The position numbers were made by a program, and so were the translations under genes. The notes under the pieces were generated by a model that saw only the letters and a list, made by a program, of their open reading frames with translations, had not been told where the DNA came from and ran no database searches. 64,000 bases of DNA from Blastocladiella emersonii ATCC 22665 (taxonomy: Eukaryota > Fungi > Blastocladiomycota): the NCBI GenBank assembly GCA_025594325.1, contig JANHCV010000013.1, positions 1,313,397 to 1,377,396 of the forward strand, given 5' to 3'. Shown piece after piece: positions 11,100 to 21,870 of the stretch (position 1 is the first letter of the stretch; each line of letters begins with the position of its first letter).

Positions 11100-13297
11100 C
11101 GCGCGCGACGCCGGCGTGGCTCGTGAGCAGGGATCGAGCTCACGCACCCTCGCACGCGCGGGCGGCGAATGCAACGACGCGAGAACGTTCGAGAGGCCCA
11201 GCGTCGGGTTCGGTGAAGGCCTAGTACATAAACTGCGCGGCCGCGAAAGCACGCTCGCTCAGGGCGGCCACGTTCGGGGGCGGCCCACACCGAGCCGAGC
11301 GAGAATCTCGGAGATCGTCGGTGCGCCCAGCCGCTGCTGCAGCGGGCGCGCCGCGCGAGGAAGAAACGAGGGCCAGAAGCCGCGGACACATAAAGTACAA
11401 GCCGAGAGAGGTAGCTGTAGCGAGAGACGACGGGCCTGCTGCTAGTCCGCGACGGGGGCGGCGACAGCAGATGGCGCGCGCGCCGCTCGAGCTCCGACCG
11501 TCGTTCCAACTTTGGGGGAAGAAGAGGGCGTGTGCGAGCAGGAGCAGCAGCTCGGCACCAGCTCGGCAGCGACGACTCGACTCGACTCGAGGTGCGCCGA
11601 GTTGGGGAGGGCAGGGCGAGCTGATTCGAAGCAGGGTCCGCAGCGTCGAGGGACGGGCGGTGGTCAAGGGCGATGGCGCGCAAACGACACTCGAAGCGGT
11701 GCACGACCGTGAGCGGAAACGTTGGTCGGCGCGACTGACGGAGGCAGCAGGTCAGGTCGGGACGCGGTGGGGCAGAGCAGGGCGACGCGCGCGTTGGGTT
11801 ACACACGGAGGGAGGAGTGGCGACGATTGGGGGCGACGGCGCGGACGTGCGCGTGCGAAGGCCGTCGAGCTCGCGGGCGAGGGCAAACGCGCTGGTTGGC
11901 ACGTAGAGCGTGGAGTGGTGGTGGTGGCGGCGGCGGGCAAGCGCGGCGCATGCGACAGCACCCGCTCGGCCACATGCATACGGAACGAGGAGAGGACCAC
12001 CAGCTGTGCTGCCGTTTGACGCCGACAGAAGGAGGTTGCTTGCTGCAGCGCTCAAGCGCGAGAGCGATGCCATGGGGCGAGCAGCCCGCGGAGCACGCTG
12101 CGGGCGAGGTTCATGCGATTCCATCAAGTTACAGTGCCACGTCGTGCCTTGCCTTGTTGACGTGCACATGGACATGGAGGTGAGCGGGGTGCCTGACCGA
12201 CCGAGGCCGCGCCACGCCACACGGTGGCCATGGCCGTGGCCGCCGCGCTGCGCGTCCTTGTCAGCTGACGGCGACTGACGCGTCGCGGGGCGCGCTTCGG
12301 GAGGGAGAGGTGAGGAGGCCCGAGCCTTCCTCTTCTTCTCTCTCTTCGCCGACTGACGCCCCATGCACCATGACCATGAAAGCCGATGCAACGTGATAAC
12401 TTGGTGCAACATCACGCCGGACAGGCCCTGACGCGGATCGGCGCCGTCGTGAGGTGCCCAGCCGCATCTGCTGTACCGCTACTACTGTATGACTGAGCTG
12501 AGCGTCAGTCGGACTGCTTCGTCAGCTATGCAGATGCAGCTCGTCCGTCCCCGTCGTCCTTGTCGGGAACGCCGCCTTCCGCTTGCCGTGCCCTACGTTA
12601 GTCGCGCGCGAACGTTTGCTTCAGCGGCGGGCCCCGCTAGCCAGCGTCCCTCGCTCGCTCGCCTCGTTCCGGTCCCCCTGTCGCCCCACGCCGCCGATCT
12701 GCACTGCCGAACCTCACCCGACCACCGTGACCGCTTCGTCGTCCTCGCCAGCCACCTGCTCGTCCCCCGCTGGCATGCATTCCCGAGCCGCACGACCTCC
12801 GTTCGAGCCGACCTACATGGACGTGCTCACAGCCTCGGCAACTTCATGGCGGGCCAGGTGAGTCGTCGCCACACGCGCACGCACGAGCGGGGCCAGCGTT
12901 TGGTGTGCGCGCGAGGTGCGCGCGAGGTACGCCGCCGCGAGCGGCTACCGCGGCTCGGTGCGCTTCGGGGTCCGCTGCTGCTCGTCGGCCGCAATCGCCG
13001 CCTTTCGCACCTGCTGCTTTATGACCTCGCGCTTTCGTAGCCTAGCCCAGCTGGCGGGCGGCCTGCTGCTTCGCGAGAGCATGGATGCTGCCGCCTCGCT
13101 CAACTGGCGGCCACGGCGGCGGGAACCCCTTGGATCGTCGCCCTTGACGTGCGCGTGCACCCGCCGTACCGCGTTGATTCACGCTTTCGCCGCGCGGCCC
13201 GAGCGAGGCCTTAGGATGCGTCCGTTGCTCAGCGTGTACACACGCGCGAGGTGAGCGTGCGTGCGTGCCGACGGCGAGCCGAATTCGCGCGCGGTCT
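11100..13297 (-). repeat. ~2.1 kb dispersed module, copy 1
   Basis: The core matches 52300-54338 directly (offset 41038-41041) and 27044-29081 inverted. 11100-11250 is a diverged homolog of ~29240-29400. Confidence 0.9.
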
Positions 13298-16200
13298 ACT
13301 ACCCTCCCCGCCACCCCTGCCGACACTCTGACGAGACCGAGTGAGCGGAGGCACGCACGCGTGGTGATGATGATGTGCGGCGCCTTTGTTACGACGCTCG
13401 GGCCAGAAAGGCGCCTGTCTGGACTTGCGCGCGCTCGCGCGCGTGGCGGCCACGATGGCGCGGCGGGGGACGCTGGCCGCCGCCCGGCCCAGCCAGCCCG
13501 CCGCCCGCCGCCCGCCGCCCGCCGACTTAGACACATGAATTCCCCCAAAAACAATAATTCTTGTTTATCACTGAATCGTGATCAGGGACCATCAGGGACC
13601 CCAGAAATGCAAAAATCCCCGAGTCAAAGCATGGGGGTGTTGAGATCGTGTTCGGGCGCGCCGAGGCGAAAAAGTTTTTCACTCGCGGCCGTCGCGACGA
13701 GCTCGCGGCGCGGGTGGGCAATTCAAGCACGTAACGCTCAATCTGGCAGCTCCCGACCTGTCTCGGATCTGGCTCAAACTTTGCACGTAATCTTCTGATA
13801 TATCATGAGATATTTTAGACTAGTGAGCATAATTTTACGGCGTCGTTTGACGGCCCTGCATGCATCGGGGGTGGTTAGTTCACGTATTCGAGCTCCACCT
13901 CGCTCGCTCACTGGGTTGGCCACCGGGCCGGGCGACACTCTGCTCCCACTGCTCGGGCCCGCGACCGCGTCCACTGGCTTCGCTCGCCATCCTTTGCCCA
14001 CGATCACGATCACGATCGCCGCTAATCAGCATCATGACCGCCGGCCGGGTCGACGACCAAGGCAAAGCGCGGCAACATGGCCGCCGGGTCGACGACCAAG
14101 GCGAAGAAGCAGCAAGCAACATGGCCGACCGCCGGGTCCTGGACCTGCGTGTGGTCGACGCGGCGGCGACGCGCGAGACACGGGCGCTGTAGTGGCGGCG
14201 GTGGCCGTTCCAAGGCGCGCGCGCGCGAGGAGGTGTGTGCGCCGCCTCGTACGCGGGAGGAACGAGCGGCGGGTTGCCCGACGTTCATGAGCTCGCCGTC
14301 CGCGAGCTAAGCTAACCCGTTGCGTCCGTTTGATGTTCCCGTCCGGCGCGCGCCCAACCTGTCGTCGTCCAACCTGTCGTCGCCCGCGATCGCGCCCCGC
14401 GACGGCGCGCGCGCAAGTTCGGAAGTTCGGCATGCCGACCGCCGCCGAGCTGGTTGACGAGAACGAAGATCCCCACCCGACTCGTGTCCTGCGGTCGGCC
14501 GACCTCACGCGCATCGCCACGCATCGCCAAGAAGCGGGGCGGCGGCCCGCGGCAAAGGAACCGTTGGCGCTGTTTGGCGTCGACCTGCTGTCGCGCGAGG
14601 ACATGAGCTCCGAGGAGGACGGCGATGTGGCCGGCACGAAGCATCGCGGCTTGGGCGCCACCAAGTACGCGAGATTCGCGCCGAGCCGCGCCGCGCGGAA
14701 AAGGGTTGCCGATGCTGGCACGCGTCCAAGAGGGACCTGGCCCGACGCGACGACGGCAGCATAAAGTAGAAGCGGGGCCGGCTGCCGGGATGAGCCGCGG
14801 CACGCAGCGGCGCTCGAGGACGGCGACGCTCTCGCCGGGTAGCGGGGAGCATGTTTGGACGCAGCAAGGTTGAGTGAGCGTGGACGGCGACGGGTTGAAG
14901 GCGCGCACCTGAGCGCGAGAGCGAAAGCGCTGCTTCAGCCAGACGGCAAAGCAGTAGCAAGCGGTCGAGGAACACGGTGGCTCGCGAGCGACCGAGCCAA
15001 GCGTGCTGCTGCTGGCGCTGCTTCGGGTGGCAACGACCCAAGGGGCGGCGGCGGCGGCTTACAACGGGTGTGCAGCTGGCGTGTGCCAGCACACGCGGGG
15101 CAGCGGCAGCGGGCAGAGTGTCGCGTGCGCGCGGGATGGCCATGCCACCGACCGCAGCCGCTCCAGCACAACGGCCGCAGCGAGGGAGCGAGCGAGCGCG
15201 GACATCACCACCACGGCTCACGCTGCAGTCTGACACCGTAGGAGAGAAAGTGCAGGGTGCGGTCGGCGAGGGGGCGATGCGCGCGGGGACACGATGGCGA
15301 GTCGTTTGAGCGGTGGCGCGCTCGCCGGCGGCAACAAGCGTCTAGGGTCATGCATGGGTCATGGGCGCATGGTACCGCCGCGGCGTGTGCGACGTGTTGA
15401 TGTGGTATACATGGATGCGTTTCATGGAGTGGTGAGGTAATATAGCGGGTCATGATCAGGCGAGAGAGCGAGGACCGCGCGCGGCGACGAGGCGCCCTTT
15501 ATACTCCTCCGCCCGTGCCCCGCTGCCTGCCACGCGGCGGCCACCGCCACCGACAAGGACTCTGGCGCTCTGACGCGAGCAGCGAGCAGCGAGCAGCGAG
15601 CAGGTCGCTGGCTCGCGGCGGTCGCCCACAGACTTTCGACGTGCCGCTCATGCGAGGTCGCGTCGCTCACCATCCGCTGCCCTTGACATCTCGTGCGCAG
15701 CTCGGGTTGCACACGACGAAGTCTCTAGCTCTCGCGACCATCAACTTCTCAAGCACGACACCAGGACGACTACAACCTCGCTACATTCATCCCCACATCA
15801 AACGATCGTCTACAGATCTACTCGGACTTCTTCTCGGCGGCCTCCTTGAGGACCTTGTCGAGGTCGTCCTTGGCGAGCCACTTGCCCTCGACCTCCTTGA
15901 TCTTCTTCTCGAGCTCCTCGACGCGCTTGGTGAGGGCGGCCACCTCGGGCACCTTGTTCCCAGTACTGCCGCGGGCGCGGGTGATGGTGCGCTTGAGCGC
16001 GGGCTTGTCCTGCTCGGCGGCTAGCACGAGGGCCGCGTCGGCGGCGCCCGCGAACTGGGCGGGCAGGCCGTAGGGCAGGTTGGCGATGGCGGCCGTGGCC
16101 GACGCGCGCACGCGGAAGTGCGGGTCGTACAGGACCTCGGCGATCGCCTCGCCAATGGTGCGCGCGAGCGGCTCGGGGACCCACGCGGCGGCCGACGCGA

Positions 16201-18411
16201 GCGCCTGCACGAGGTTGGCCTTGACCGAGAACGGGAAGTCGGCGCCCATGACCGCGGCGTGCTGCGCGAGCAGGAACTCGGCCGCCTCGACGGTGCGGAA
16301 CGCGGCCACGTCGTGGTACGACATGGCGCGCACCGAGTCCTTGTAGTCGGTAAACTCGGGGGTCGTGCCGGCGGCGTAGGCGGCGACGAGCGCGAAATCC
16401 TCGGGGCGGCGCTGCGCCGCGATCGCCGTGATGAGCGCCGAGCGCTGCACGTACGTCAGGTCGGCCTTGGGGTCGGCGAGCGTCGCGTGCGCAAACTTGG
16501 CGATGGCCGGGTGCTTGAAGTTGAGGCGGTTGAAGATGAGCTTGCGCGCGACATCGTCCGTCTCCTGCGCCGCCAGATCGACGAGCAGGTCGACGGCGGG
16601 CGCGTGGCGCAGACCGGCGAGCGCCATGGCGATCTTGGCGCGGACCATGGGCATCTTCTCGGCGAGCGCGATCGGGCGCACCTTGCGCAGCGTGTAAAAG
16701 TCGGCGTCCTTGAGCAGCGTGCGGTACGCGCGGACGCGGTTGACGCAGTCGCGCGCACCCGCGGCCGTGGCGAGCAGCACGTCGTGGCCCGGGTTGAACT
16801 CGCCTTCGAAGGCGAACAGCTGGAAGCCGTCGGGGTCGACCTCGACGCGCACGGGCTTGCCGCCGGGACCCGCAGCAGTGCCGGTGTGGGCGGCAGCAAC
16901 GGCCTTGGCCGAGTTGCCGTCAAACGACGCGACCGCGCGGTGCACGGCGCCGTCGGCCGTGGCAAACTCGACGGGCACGTCCATGGCGAACAGCGGGACG
17001 CCCTTGGCGGCGTCGGCCTGGGTCTGCTCGAGCGTGACGTGCGCGACGCCCTTGGCCTCGTCGTAGGCGTACTCGGCCTTGAACTTGGGGAAGCCCTTGG
17101 AGTAGAACCACTGGTCGAAGAAGCGCGTCAGGTTGAGGCCCGAGAACTCCTCGAGCACCTTGCGGAAGTCGTCGGTCTCGACCGTCTTGCCCGTGAACCG
17201 GCGCACGTACTCGCCGACGGCGGGCCAGAACACGTCGTCGCCGAGCAGGCCGCGCAGCATGTGGATGCGCGCGCCGCCGCCCGGGTACAGGTGGCCGTCG
17301 AACATGTTCCACGAGTGGTCGTACTGGCGGCAAACGACGGGGCGGAGATAGCGCTGGGTCTCGCGGATGTAGGCCTCCTGGTCGTCGAAGCGGTACATGC
17401 GGGCACGCTGGCGCATCTCCTCGGGCGTGGCGCCGACGTGCTCCTCGACCCAGACCGACTCGATGTAGGTGGCCCACGACTCCTTGAGCCAGGCGTGCTC
17501 GAAGAAGCGGACGACGGTCTAGCGAGCGGTTCGGGTGGGCGTGCGTAAGTCGGCGGCGGTTCCAGGTGTGTTCTGGGAGAAGCGAGAGCGTACCATGTCG
17601 CCCTGGATGTCGAGAATGATGATGGGTACAAGTGGGGAAGCGAGGGGGCGCGGGTTAGTGGTCGGCGACGCGCGACGCGGTCCACTCGAGCGAGACGCGT
17701 ACGAAGAGCGAGTGGGCCATCTCGTGGATGTTGATCGTGTCCATGACAAACTTGTTGTCGCGCTCGTGGGTCTTGTCCATGGCGAGGAAGCTGCCCCAGC
17801 TACAAGGGACAACGAGGTGACGAGGGTGAGTGACCAGTCGGTCGCGGCACGACGCTCCGCCCAACGATTCCGAGGACCCGCCCAACGATTCCAGGGCCCC
17901 ATATAGGTCAGGAGAACAGGAAAACACGTACGAAACAGAAGAAATGTTCTCCATGGCCCCACCAATGAATGGAGACATGACTTGGTGATACTTTGGCCAC
18001 GGGATGGGCGTAATTTTGGCGCACAACCACGAGTACATGGCCGGCGTCGAGTCCAGGCCGCGCTTGACGTCCTCAATGGCAAAGTTCTTGGGCGCATAGT
18101 ACTTGATGGGCACCTCGCCGAGCGCGGTCACGGCCGGGCGGTCGTCGATGGTCTTGAAGTCGCCCACGGCGAGGAACAGCAGGTACGACGGGCACGGGAA
18201 GTCCAGGTCCCACACGGTCGTCTTGAGCGAGGCGTCCTCGGCGTTGGGGGTCGACGAGACAAGGGCGCCGTTGGCGACCGTCTCGAAGTCGGCGGGCGCC
18301 GTCAGGCGGAACGTCAGGCGCGGGCGCACCGTCGGGAAGTCGACGCACGGCAGCCAGTAGCGCGCGCGCTCCGTCTCGTGGTCCGTGATCGCGTACGTGC
18401 CGTTCGACGGC
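11260..18411 (+). repeat. Left arm of 7.15 kb inverted duplication 2
   Basis: Position x pairs with 40341-x throughout (all mirrored ORF pairs sum to 40341). One substitution seen (15137 vs 25204). Confidence 0.97.
15498..15503 (-). promoter_or_regulatory. TATA-like box (mirror copy at 24838-24843, + strand)
   Basis: TATAAAGGG in GC-rich context, about 45 nt upstream of an ATG (24888 in the right-arm copy). The downstream ORFs look degenerate. Confidence 0.3.
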
Positions 18412-18878
18412 GTGTCGACCGAGTTGAAGAAGAGGCCCGACACGGGCTTCTCGACGCGGTACGTGACGGTGATCTTGCGCTCGTCGCCCTTGGCGGCGAA
18501 GGGCTCGGCCCAGCGCAGCGTGATCTCATTGCCGTCGTACTCGAAGCCGGCGAGCTTGTCGCCCGTGACGGCGACGTTGTCGAAGCCGACGGCGTGCAGG
18601 GTCAGGCGCGTCGCGGCGTCGCCGAGGGCGGCGGCCGTCGGGACGGCGGCGTTGCAGCGGACCGTGTGGGTGACGGTGCCGTCGACGGCGTTGTTGGGGA
18701 AGTCGAAGACGAGGCCGATGTCCATGTGAACAGGCTCCAGCGTGATGTTGGGCGCATAGTGCTTGACGGCGTCGGCGGCGGCGAAGCCGGCGAGGTCGTT
18801 GTGCGGCTCGGCACCGGCGGCTTCGCCGAAGAGCTCGGCAGCGGCGCGGACGTGCGCGCAGGACGAGGAGCAGGGCAT
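15818..18878 (-). CDS. M1 family zinc aminopeptidase with C-terminal HEAT-like region and coiled coil
   Basis: Contains GGAMEN. HEMAH-x18-E is restored by splicing through a 9-nt exon (17594-17602). Also WLKES and YPGGGARIHMLR (catalytic Tyr region). ATG at 18878, three introns, C-terminal coiled coil VAALTKRVEELEKKIKEVE. Confidence 0.93.
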
Positions 18879-19919
18879 GGTTTGGTTGCGTAGCAAAGAG
18901 TGCGGGCGGGGAGCGAGGACGGCGTGCGGCGGGCGCGCTCGCTATTTGTAGGGCGGGCGGGTTGGGGAGGATCGGGAGGGGTCCGGCAGGAATCCGACGT
19001 CAGCGCGTCACAAGAGGCACAACAAGGGCGGGTCGGGGGAGGAGACGTGCCGCGAAAAGGGCCGAGGAGAACCCGCGCGCCTGCGGCACCGTCACCTGAT
19101 CAAATCGCCACACGGCCGGCCCGCCGTGCAGCGTGCGCGAGGCCCCCGTAGCTGGCGTCGTCGACGCGGAAGTTGACGCACTCGGCGGCCACCAGATCGA
19201 CATGGCGGCAGCGGTGCGGGCTGGCGCGATCAGGGACCCGTGTGCCGCGAGCGCGCTGGCGCGGCGGGCGAGGTGACGGGTGAGCGACAGCATCGGCCTA
19301 ATTCAGTCTAGGCTGCGAGGGAGAGCAGCACGGTGGCCCTGCGTTGCACTAAGTTACGTGGCAATCGTCCTTCTCGATGGGACGCCGATCGCGGCAGCGG
19401 GGGTGGCTCAGCATCGGCGAGCGCGCGCCCGCCGTGGCAACGCGGTCAGCTGACACCGTGTGAGCGGCGCAGCGCGTCCTTCCGCCCCGCTTCGCGTTAC
19501 CCGTTACATTGCGCCCGCGCGCTCCTAGACCTCGATGCAACCCATACATTCCGCTATGCGACGTCATGCACTGACTAGCGCGAGCACTCTTTGGGCACTT
19601 GCCGCTTGCCGCTCCAGGATCCCGCCCATGGTTGAGCAACGGGACGACGACGCGCCTTCCGATTCGACTTTGACTAGCTGTTCGCGTCGCGGCCGCGACG
19701 TGCCCCATGAACACATCGCACTTACCAATCACCATTTCATTGCAGAATCCACGAGAGATCAACATGCTGAGAGGAGGAACGCGACCACTCGACTGTGCTG
19801 TTAGTCGGACAAGTTTAAGCCATGCTCGCGAGCAAAGTCATAAATGAGAGACACCCCTGGAACGTAGCTATGGCAGCTCAGGAGATCTTCATGGACTAGA
19901 AATAGCGGATAAGCAGCTG

Positions 19920-21299
19920 TTAGCAGCCGTTCGCGCGAGTGCAGATTATCAGAGAAGTGCTTGTACCTTCTCGGAACAGAGGTGTGATCCGCTCACGGCC
20001 AAGCAATGTGAGCAACTCATCAAGATTGGCGCGGCCCTCGTCAAAGCTGGAGTTGAGCACGTCGTAGATGACGAGGACGTAGTCTGAATCCTTCAAATAC
20101 CCAGTTGGACGAAACTCTTTGAGGACGGTAAGGCCTGCTCCGCTGGAATGCAAAAACAGGACGGGCGCTTCGCTCGCAGAAGAATTGGGGAATTTGGAAA
20201 GGTGGTCCGCCACGTCGTGGGGGCGATCGAAGCACTCGTAAATCGCAAGACAAGCTTTAGCTGACCGGGTAGCGGCAGACTTGCACGCTTTTCCATAGGT
20301 ATATGTGCGTGGGTCGTCCGGGTTCCAGCCGTGCGCGACGAGGTAGTTGTACATTTGCAGGACGCCGGCGGCAGTCATCGGCACTGAATCAAGAAACGGA
20401 TGCCGGTCATTGCTGCGCTGCACGTTTGACTCGAGTACCTGCTGCACAAGCCGGCGGCCGTCCATACCGAACCGAGACGCCGAAAAGAGTGAAAACGCGG
20501 TTTCGTGGAAGCTTTGGACTGCATACGCCGCGCAGAATTCAATGATGGTCGGCGGTAGTGCCGTATTTTTGTAGGTGTGGAGGTCGACCAATTGGCGGGA
20601 CGACTTGCCGTACAGCGAAGAGATCCCTCTCCAAACGTTGAGGTCGACCGGAATGGAAAGCAGCCCAGGGGCGGAGATGCGCATCGAATCAAGGAGATGC
20701 TCGAGCATGACCATGTCGTTAATGTCTGCAAGGAAAAGGCACAACAAGGCTACTGTGAGCACTGGCGACCGCGAGGCAGCGCGTTTGGCATAATGATCGT
20801 CAGGGCGCTGCAAAAATTCGAGGAGCTTACCAAGATGAGCAGAGAGGACGAGTGTGGATGGAGCGCGTGGAAGTGCGGCAGCGGATTGTTGCACGAGGTG
20901 AGAAACGAACAAGTGAGAGACCACGTTCGAGCTGTTGGATTGTGCGTCAATGAAGAGGAGGTTGCAGATGTAGTCGAGATCGGAAAAAATCGACCAGTCG
21001 CTCCAACTTGCGGTTGAGGCGCCCAGCCCCAAAAAACTGGGCGACAGGTCCCAGTCATCGTCGTTCGAATGGTCGGAATCGAGGTCGTCCTCCTCCGAAC
21101 CATGGAACTTACGAGCGCGCGTTGAGATCGCGCGAAATCCCCAGTTCAGAGTTACCGAGGAGTCGCGCGAGGCCTCGCTGAGTGCCCGGGACGCGACGGG
21201 GACCGTGGAGCGCAGCGCGGCGAGCTGCAGGATCATGGTGCCTGGGACCGAGTGGAAAATTGCATCAAGATTCATTTGCATGTAGTCATTGGCTTCCAT
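19920..21299 (-). CDS. Intronless low-GC orphan protein (459 aa), possible degenerate N-terminal F-box
   Basis: Uninterrupted 1380-nt ORF in lower-GC DNA, where such length is unlikely by chance. N-terminus IFHSVPGTMILQLAAL..VPVASRAL resembles an F-box pattern. Confidence 0.7.
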   Translation of the reverse strand: MEANDYMQMNLDAIFHSVPGTMILQLAALRSTVPVASRALSEASRDSSVTLNWGFRAISTRARKFHGSEEDDLDSDHSNDDDWDLSPSFLGLGASTASWSDWSIFSDLDYICNLLFIDAQSNSSNVVSHLFVSHLVQQSAAALPRAPSTLVLSAHLGKLLEFLQRPDDHYAKRAASRSPVLTVALLCLFLADINDMVMLEHLLDSMRISAPGLLSIPVDLNVWRGISSLYGKSSRQLVDLHTYKNTALPPTIIEFCAAYAVQSFHETAFSLFSASRFGMDGRRLVQQVLESNVQRSNDRHPFLDSVPMTAAGVLQMYNYLVAHGWNPDDPRTYTYGKACKSAATRSAKACLAIYECFDRPHDVADHLSKFPNSSASEAPVLFLHSSGAGLTVLKEFRPTGYLKDSDYVLVIYDVLNSSFDEGRANLDELLTLLGRERITPLFREGTSTSLIICTRANGC

Positions 21300-21870
21300 T
21301 GCTGGGTGCTAGTGGTTGTCGAGGGAGCGCAAACCGTGAGAGCCGCCAGACGAGCTCAAGAACGCGAAGCAAAGGCGACGCGTTCCGATTGCCTTGACAG
21401 GGCTCTCGCGCCGCGGTCATCAACCTTTGATCAACGAAGCCAGGCTCGTCGGTCGCGTCGTTCATCCCGTCGTCAGGCTAGGGATCAAGTACCAGTGCGA
21501 CCTCGGCCACTGCGCACCTGCTGATGACCAACAAGTCCCTTTCTCGTCGCTATATCGAGAAATGAAGGAAGCACACTGGCTGAGTGATATCGTGTTGCGC
21601 TCGCGACCTGGCTCATGAACACGATTGTAAGTGGGTCGTGGTCGAGACCGGATACCGGTGAGGTGAGCGCGCAACAGGCGCGTCGCGGTTGGCTGCGAGA
21701 CATCGCGTGAGTGGCTGAGGCGCGCAGCCCCACCGAAACAGTTCCCTTGCGAGAAATCGCGCAGGGACGACTCGCACCTCCGCTTGACGACAAACTGGCA
21801 ACCATGGAACACCGGATTATTGGATGTAACATCGTGCAACGCTCAGCGGCGAAACGTATCATCAGGCTCC

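Noticed and set aside
10865-12415. 516-aa ORF (and 411/409-aa versions) running through the module
   Set aside because: R/S/P/A-rich with no GC3 bias or motifs. Long stop-free frames are expected in very GC-rich DNA, and the copies end differently.
14432-14452. 20/21 match ATGCCGACCGC(C/G)GCCGAGCTG with 45449-45469 (MPTAAEL)
   Set aside because: GC-rich common codons with no flanking similarity, so likely chance.
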